Positions 58,698-64,000 of a stretch of DNA of 64,000 nucleotides are shown here, piece after piece. Under the pieces are notes generated by a model that did no database searches, was not told the origin of the DNA, and saw only the letters and a program-made list of their open reading frames with translations. The translations under genes were made by a program, and so were the position numbers. Position 1 is the first letter of the stretch. Every line of letters starts with the position of its first letter. This stretch comes from an uncultured delta proteobacterium. GTDB taxonomy: Bacteria > Desulfobacterota > Binatia > UBA9968. The stretch spans positions 640,001-704,000 of the forward strand of contig CAVUZH010000003.1 of assembly GCA_963745835.1 (NCBI GenBank), given 5' to 3'.

Positions 58698-59807
58698 ATG
58701 AAGGTCAGTTTTCCAGTTATGAGAGGGAACATAGGCGGGCGGCAATACTACTCATTGATGATCTCGCTTTCGGAAATTCCTCGGCTTTTTAAGTTTAACG
58801 ATTGGGAACAATGCACTCCGGATTTGCGCGCGCAGAGGGTTCTTAACAAGGCGAGGGTCCCCGACATTACGAAATACATACTCGAGAATGAGGACGGCTA
58901 TCTGTTTTCGTCGATTACAGCAGCCTACTCGTGTCCAGCGAATTTCCTAGCGTCAGCGGAGGACTCCGACATCGGCACGTTGGAGATGGAGTTGGAAAAC
59001 GTCGAGTTCATTATCAATGACGGCCAGCATCGTTGCGCCGCGATTGCCGCCGCGCTTAAGGAGAACCCTGCGCTGGGGAAAGATAAAATTTCAGTGCTCC
59101 TGTTTGAAACTGAAAACTCCGAACGGCTTCAACAGATGTTTTCGGATTTAAATCGGTTCGTCCAGCAGACCTCAAAATCGCTGGGCATGCTCTACGATCG
59201 TCGAGATAATCTTTCCGCGCTCACAATGGATGTATCTGAACAGGTGCCCGTCTTTCGGAGCATGGTAGACAAGGAGAAGGTTACGATTCCGCTGAGATCC
59301 CCCAAGCTCTTTACCATTTCCGCTTTATATGAGGCGAATGAAGAACTGTTGGGAAAGAAGATCGATAAAAGGGCGACAGCGGCCTACATAGAACTCCTCA
59401 ACACTGCTGTCGAATACTGGACGGAGTTGTCAAAGATCATCGGCGACTGGCAGAGAGTCAGAAATGGAGAACTCAGCGCTTCCGAACTTCGTCAAGAGAA
59501 AATCAACACTCACGCGGTCGTTTTGCGCGCTCTCGGAGGCGTCGGAAGAACGCTGCTCGGAAGATATCCTGAGGACTGGCAAATGAAACTGAGGCTTTTG
59601 GAGAAAATCGATTGGCGGAAGTCTGTGGGTGGTAGTGCGAATCCTCTGTGGGATGACGTGTGTATCACAGCGGGTTCAGTCGTCTCCAACAGGCAGGCAC
59701 GAGCGGCTACTTTGGCCGTCTTATTAAGAGAGATTGGCGAATCGCCAAATGGAAAGGTGACACACAGAGAATCCCGGGAGGTGACTAGTGCTCAAGCAGC
59801 CGAGTAA
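58698..59807 (+). CDS. dndB: DndB-family DGQHR-domain protein (orphan)
   Basis: FP.MRG..GGRQYY, RAQR.LNK.R.P.I..YIL.N...Y.FSSITA, INDGQHR.AAI, QQMF.DLNR, YD.RD, KLFT.S, H...L.ALG, IDW.K; RBS GAGGTGA. Confidence 0.88.
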   Translation: MKVSFPVMRGNIGGRQYYSLMISLSEIPRLFKFNDWEQCTPDLRAQRVLNKARVPDITKYILENEDGYLFSSITAAYSCPANFLASAEDSDIGTLEMELENVEFIINDGQHRCAAIAAALKENPALGKDKISVLLFETENSERLQQMFSDLNRFVQQTSKSLGMLYDRRDNLSALTMDVSEQVPVFRSMVDKEKVTIPLRSPKLFTISALYEANEELLGKKIDKRATAAYIELLNTAVEYWTELSKIIGDWQRVRNGELSASELRQEKINTHAVVLRALGGVGRTLLGRYPEDWQMKLRLLEKIDWRKSVGGSANPLWDDVCITAGSVVSNRQARAATLAVLLREIGESPNGKVTHRESREVTSAQAAE

Positions 59808-61710
59808 CGGAAGGCGTCACAAAAAATCACGCGTTGCCGATCAGAAAAAATCTGCGGGCAGCAGTCAAAGTTCGATCGATAGCGAAATCACCAGTCATAA
59901 GGAAGATTTAAACACAACTCGCCTGCGGCAGTTGCTCCCGACTGCATGGAACATGATTCGACCATATTGGTCGTCGGAGGACCGCTGGGCGGCTTGGGGG
60001 CTGCTTACCGTCGTTATCGCACTCACGCTAGCGATGGTCTACATGAGTGTTCTTTTCAATCACTGGAACAACACTTTTTACACCGCTCTGCAGGAGAGAA
60101 ATCCTACAGTTTTTTTCGAGCAGCTGATCGGTCTTGCCTGGCTCGTGGGTTTTATAATCGTCTTTGCTGTTTATCAGCTTTATCTCAACCAAATGCTTGA
60201 AATTCGCTGGCGGCGCTGGCTTACCGAAAAATATCTTCGGGGTTGGCTGACTGACGGTGCCTATTATCGGATGCAGCTCATGGCGAGTGAAACCGACAAC
60301 CCGGATCAGCGCATCGCCGAAGACGTTCATCTGCTCATTTCTCATACGCTTTCGCTTGTCATTGGAGGTCTGCGTGCGCTGGTAACTTTGATTGCCTTTG
60401 TGACGATCCTCTGGGCGCTTTCGGGAACCCTGACAGTCCCGATTGGTGGATCATCCCTTACCTTGCCCGGTTACATGGTATGGGCAGCCATCCTGTATGC
60501 TATTGGCGGCACTTGGCTGACCCACTGGATCGGCCGCCCGCTCGTGCGGCTAAACTACGACAAGCAACGTTGTGAAGCCGACTTCCGATTCGGCCTGGTG
60601 CGCTTCCGGGAGAACAGCGAGGGAGTGGCGCTCTACCGGGGCGAGGCGGATGAGCTCCGTGGTTTTCGGGGACGGTTCGAGGCGGTGGTGATGAACTGGT
60701 GGGACATCATGCGCCGACAGAAGCGGCTGACCTACTTCACTTCAGGCTACCAACAAGCGGCTTGGATCTTCCCCTCGATCGTGGCGGCGCCACGCTACTT
60801 CAGTGGCGATCTTTCCCTCGGAGGGCTTATACAAACCATCGGCGCCTTCAGTCAGGTACAGGCTTCGCTTAGTTTTTTTATTGACTCGTATAAAACGGTT
60901 GCTGAATGGTGCTCGGTGGTTGAGCGGCTCTCGGGTTTCGAGCGCGCTCTTGAGCGCGTGCGCACTCAGGCGGCGACTGCTGGCGGCGTTCAGAACGTCT
61001 GCGGAGACGCGGATCTGATAATTAAGGATGTTGATCTCTATCTACCCAATGGTCAGCCACTTATCGCGGATGTGAATGTCTCCATCTTGCGCGGGGACAC
61101 CGTTCTGTTGGGGGGAGCTTCTGGTTTGGGAAAGAGTACGCTCTTCCGGGCCGTAGCCGGGATCTGGCCGTTTGGTCGCGGCGAGATCCGAGGACCTCGC
61201 GACCGCAATGTTCTCTTTTTGCCACAGAAGCCATACTTGCCGATCGGCACACTTCGGGAAGTGGTGAGTTATCCGATGCCGTCCGCGGGTGTGGACGACC
61301 TAACACTGCGCGAAGCGCTTGAGGCGGTCGGGCTCTCTCGGCTAGCGGGGAGGCTCAGCGAGGCCGGCAATTGGGCGCTCCAACTTTCGCCGGGCGAGCA
61401 GCAGCGCATCGCCTTCGCTCGAGCGTTGGTCCAGAAGCCCGATTGGCTGTTTCTCGACGAGGCGACCTCGGCGGTGGACGAGGCCACCGAGGCGCGGCTT
61501 TATCGACTGGTCGGTGAGCGACTCCCGGGAACGACGGTATTCAGTGTAGGCCATCGCGTGACACTACGTCCGTTCCACTCTCGCCATCTTTTGGTGCGGA
61601 CCAACGGGAACGGGCCCTCCTCCATCGTGGAAGTGACCGCCGTGCCTGAATCGGCTCGACGTGGCGTCGGCGTTGTTATGCGCGACGAAACAGCCGCAAT
61701 GGCTGGATAA
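59788..61710 (+). CDS. fused ABC transporter permease/ATPase, YddA / SbmA-BacA (ABCD-like) family
   Basis: RPYW.SE, W...FY.ALQ, IRWRRWLT, DNPDQRIAED, EADFRF.LVR.REN.E..A.Y.GE, GASGLGKST, PQKPYLP.GTLR, LSPGEQQR, LDEATSA. Start codon uncertain (GTG59788 overlaps dndB). Confidence 0.88.
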   Translation: MLKQPSNGRRHKKSRVADQKKSAGSSQSSIDSEITSHKEDLNTTRLRQLLPTAWNMIRPYWSSEDRWAAWGLLTVVIALTLAMVYMSVLFNHWNNTFYTALQERNPTVFFEQLIGLAWLVGFIIVFAVYQLYLNQMLEIRWRRWLTEKYLRGWLTDGAYYRMQLMASETDNPDQRIAEDVHLLISHTLSLVIGGLRALVTLIAFVTILWALSGTLTVPIGGSSLTLPGYMVWAAILYAIGGTWLTHWIGRPLVRLNYDKQRCEADFRFGLVRFRENSEGVALYRGEADELRGFRGRFEAVVMNWWDIMRRQKRLTYFTSGYQQAAWIFPSIVAAPRYFSGDLSLGGLIQTIGAFSQVQASLSFFIDSYKTVAEWCSVVERLSGFERALERVRTQAATAGGVQNVCGDADLIIKDVDLYLPNGQPLIADVNVSILRGDTVLLGGASGLGKSTLFRAVAGIWPFGRGEIRGPRDRNVLFLPQKPYLPIGTLREVVSYPMPSAGVDDLTLREALEAVGLSRLAGRLSEAGNWALQLSPGEQQRIAFARALVQKPDWLFLDEATSAVDEATEARLYRLVGERLPGTTVFSVGHRVTLRPFHSRHLLVRTNGNGPSSIVEVTAVPESARRGVGVVMRDETAAMAG

Positions 61711-61840
61711 TGGTCATCGAACGATTACGATTCTTTCACGTGAGGTCCTGGTGTGCGCGGGTTGGATTGAACTGCCTGGTGAACAGGAAAAAAGTTGAAA
61801 CTTAGGCGCAACACCCGTGTGCGTTACAGCTACCTGCGGC

Positions 61841-61866
61841 TCGACAAATAGATTCGACAAATAGAT
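61841..61866. repeat. 13-bp tandem duplication TCGACAAATAGAT x2
   Basis: Units at 61841-61853 and 61854-61866. Confidence 0.85.
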
Positions 61867-61987
61867 TCAACGTTGTCCCGCCCTCCAGTCTCCATACCTT
61901 GCCTCCACCAATGCCAAGGCGGATGGAGAAATAGCCGCGCTGCAGGCCGAAATTCCAGATCCCGTGCGGTTTTCCGCTCGACCCTGA

Positions 61988-63481
61988 TCATTTCACCTTT
62001 TCAATATCGCTCGGCTTCCAGCTCTGATCGAAGAATGCCTTGGTCGGACCGTAGAGCCGTAGGATGACGAAGAAGCCTTTGTCGGGAAGCGTCTTCAGCC
62101 AGTTTCTTCCTTCGACCGGGGAGGTCGGACCGAAATAGATATCAGTGGAGCCGTCCGGATTCGTCGCCGGCTTGTCCATGGTGTTGATCGACGGGAAAGC
62201 CTGACCGTTGTCGAGCCCGGAGCCGGTAACCGGATCGTAGACGGTAACCGACCAGAACAACGCGGCCGGAATGCCTTTGGGCAGGCTGAGTTTGTAGCTG
62301 TTAGCGCCCAGTAGGAAATCACCGTTAGCGTCGACGAAAGTCACCGGGTACTTCGCGCCAACGTTCTCCATGTTGACTGCCATCCCCGGGCTCGTGGAAT
62401 AGGCAAAGGTGAAGAAGCTCGTCCGAGGATCTATGTAGTTGAAGGTGTCCGCGGTAAACGTCGGATTGCCCGGAAAGACGTTAGCCCAGCGCCGATCCTT
62501 GTACCATAGGCGGTTGGGCACGATGGTCTGCGGCTCGTAAGCGATCGCATGACCGATGCGATAGGACGTCTTTGCCGCCTTGTCGAGAAGGTCGCGCGTG
62601 CGCGGATCAGGCTTGAAGGGTTTGCCTTTTTCGATGCCGAGCGCCGCGAGCATGCCCCGCATCTCCATGTCGGCCGGATCGGCATATTCATGCTGGATAA
62701 AGCGGTTCAACATATCGAAAGCGCTGCCGTCGCTGGGGTACAACATATTGGCCGGTACCGCGGACGCATCGGGGAATTGCATGGGCTTGGCCGCCGCCTT
62801 CTTACCAAGCGGATAAATGCGCGTCTGCTCCATCAGCTTGACCGGCTCGTTTAGTTGCTTCGGGTCCTTGAAGAAGCCGCGCCAGAACACGAATACTCCG
62901 TAGGTGCGCGACCTGAACGCGAGGTATCCCTCCGGCACTTTGCCCTTGAAGTCCGGCGGCAGCAAAAGATATCTGCCCCCCTTGCCCTTGTCGGGGCCGG
63001 GTAAACCGACGTCGCCGCACCAAACCTTGCCGCCGATTTGCCGTTCCGAACAAATCGGCCGCTGAAAGAAGTCGTTGAGAATGCCCTGAAGGCCGGGCGG
63101 CACTTCGATTACCATCGGCCCTTCGTCGTTCAGGTCGAGATAGCCCAGCGCATAGATTACGTCTGAGTTGGGAGTTGTGATCAAGGTCTTGGCGTTGAGC
63201 CGCTGCTTCCAGATCGGCAGAATGTTGTAACCCTTGCCGAAAACCTTTTCCGAACCCTCCTTCATGCCGTACATGTTCAGCACGGGCAGCGCCCAGATAT
63301 AGGACTGCACCGCGCGCTGAAATACTAGCTCCTCCTTCAACGCCGTAATCCCTTCCTTGGATAGATACCCGTTTTTGAAGGGAAGGCTCGCGAGGTCGTC
63401 GTAGCGCGACACCCCTACGATCGTGGGCGTGGCCAATCCAACAACTAGACTCAACGTAACAAACGTTCTTGGCAGCAACAT
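61988..63481 (-). CDS. secreted DUF1254/DUF1214 domain protein
   Basis: RA.Q.Y.WALP, TPNSDV.Y, GP.V.E.P, GPD.GKGG.YL, IP...FWS.T.YD, N.DGS.D.YFGP, NW..T, LRLYGP; signal peptide. Confidence 0.88.
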   Translation of the reverse strand: MLLPRTFVTLSLVVGLATPTIVGVSRYDDLASLPFKNGYLSKEGITALKEELVFQRAVQSYIWALPVLNMYGMKEGSEKVFGKGYNILPIWKQRLNAKTLITTPNSDVIYALGYLDLNDEGPMVIEVPPGLQGILNDFFQRPICSERQIGGKVWCGDVGLPGPDKGKGGRYLLLPPDFKGKVPEGYLAFRSRTYGVFVFWRGFFKDPKQLNEPVKLMEQTRIYPLGKKAAAKPMQFPDASAVPANMLYPSDGSAFDMLNRFIQHEYADPADMEMRGMLAALGIEKGKPFKPDPRTRDLLDKAAKTSYRIGHAIAYEPQTIVPNRLWYKDRRWANVFPGNPTFTADTFNYIDPRTSFFTFAYSTSPGMAVNMENVGAKYPVTFVDANGDFLLGANSYKLSLPKGIPAALFWSVTVYDPVTGSGLDNGQAFPSINTMDKPATNPDGSTDIYFGPTSPVEGRNWLKTLPDKGFFVILRLYGPTKAFFDQSWKPSDIEKVK

Positions 63482-64000
63482 CGGGCAATACTCCTCTTTA
63501 TGACTTCACTGATACACGAGCCGCGAAGCTCTGCACATCGGGCGTTTGCTGATTTTGCTTCCAAATCCCTTATAAAGAAACAAACAAGCACGAAATAGCA
63601 AGCTGTCAGCCGAATACTCCACGTAACAAATAATTACGAAGATTTATTGTGCAGCGGGAAAGAGCTGAAATTCAGATGTGACGCGTCGCGCTATAGTCAC
63701 CTGCGGATGGGCAAATTGTTAGACCATAAAACGATCGGTCATGGCCGATTTTTGAATTCAACGTTCTCGTTCACGCCTTTCGATCCGATTCTAGGGACCA
63801 CGATCTCTGTCGAAGGTGGTTGAACGGCGCCGTCAACGGAGACGCACGTTACGGCATGTCTCCACAAGTTTTGAGCGGCGTCATCCGTGTAACGACCCAC
63901 CCTCGAGTTTTCTCCAGACCCAGTGCTCTCGCCGAAGTCATCGGATTTTGTGAGCTATTACTCGCCCAACCTCATTGTGCCGTCATACACCCGGGACCGC

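Noticed and set aside
58698-59807. Complete DNA phosphorothioation (dnd) defence system
   Set aside because: Only dndB is present; no dndA/C/D/E/F/G/H in the window.
1-64000. tRNA (including tRNA-Sec), rRNA, integrase, transposase or prophage
   Set aside because: None recognisable by eye; tRNAscan-SE and Infernal were not run, so small RNAs could be missed.

Overview
A 64-kb bacterial chromosomal segment made up mostly of accessory catabolic, redox and transport genes. The many orphan NMT1/SsuA-type binding proteins, MmgE/PrpD, hydantoinase, LLM and amidohydrolase genes and CACGAAG-type intergenic palindromes suggest a Binatia/Deltaproteobacteria-like organism (inference only). I saw no rRNA, tRNA, CRISPR array, integrase or transposase. 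Highlights: (1) an orphan DndB/DGQHR-family gene (58698..59807) is preceded by six S-AGCT-S boxes at an exact 22-bp period across its promoter region, and overlaps a downstream SbmA/BacA-like ABC transporter. (2) Two selenoprotein genes are split by the ORF caller, each with an in-frame UGA and a clear SECIS-like hairpin. One is a UGSC-motif protein with its GWTDGLP partner. The other is a GrdB-like protein whose UxxCxxC motif is UxxSxxS; it is paired with a GrdE-like proprotein, lacks grdA/C/D in the window, and lies beside a KRAGH ICL-family enzyme and two MmgE/PrpD genes. (3) Other notable items are a secreted tandem subtilase-propeptide (I9-like) protein, sigma54-driven hypothetical genes, tandem ThDP-enzyme paralogues and orphan Tad pseudopilins. 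At least four genes carry single-base indels that look like sequencing or assembly errors. All family calls come from motif recognition, not database searches.
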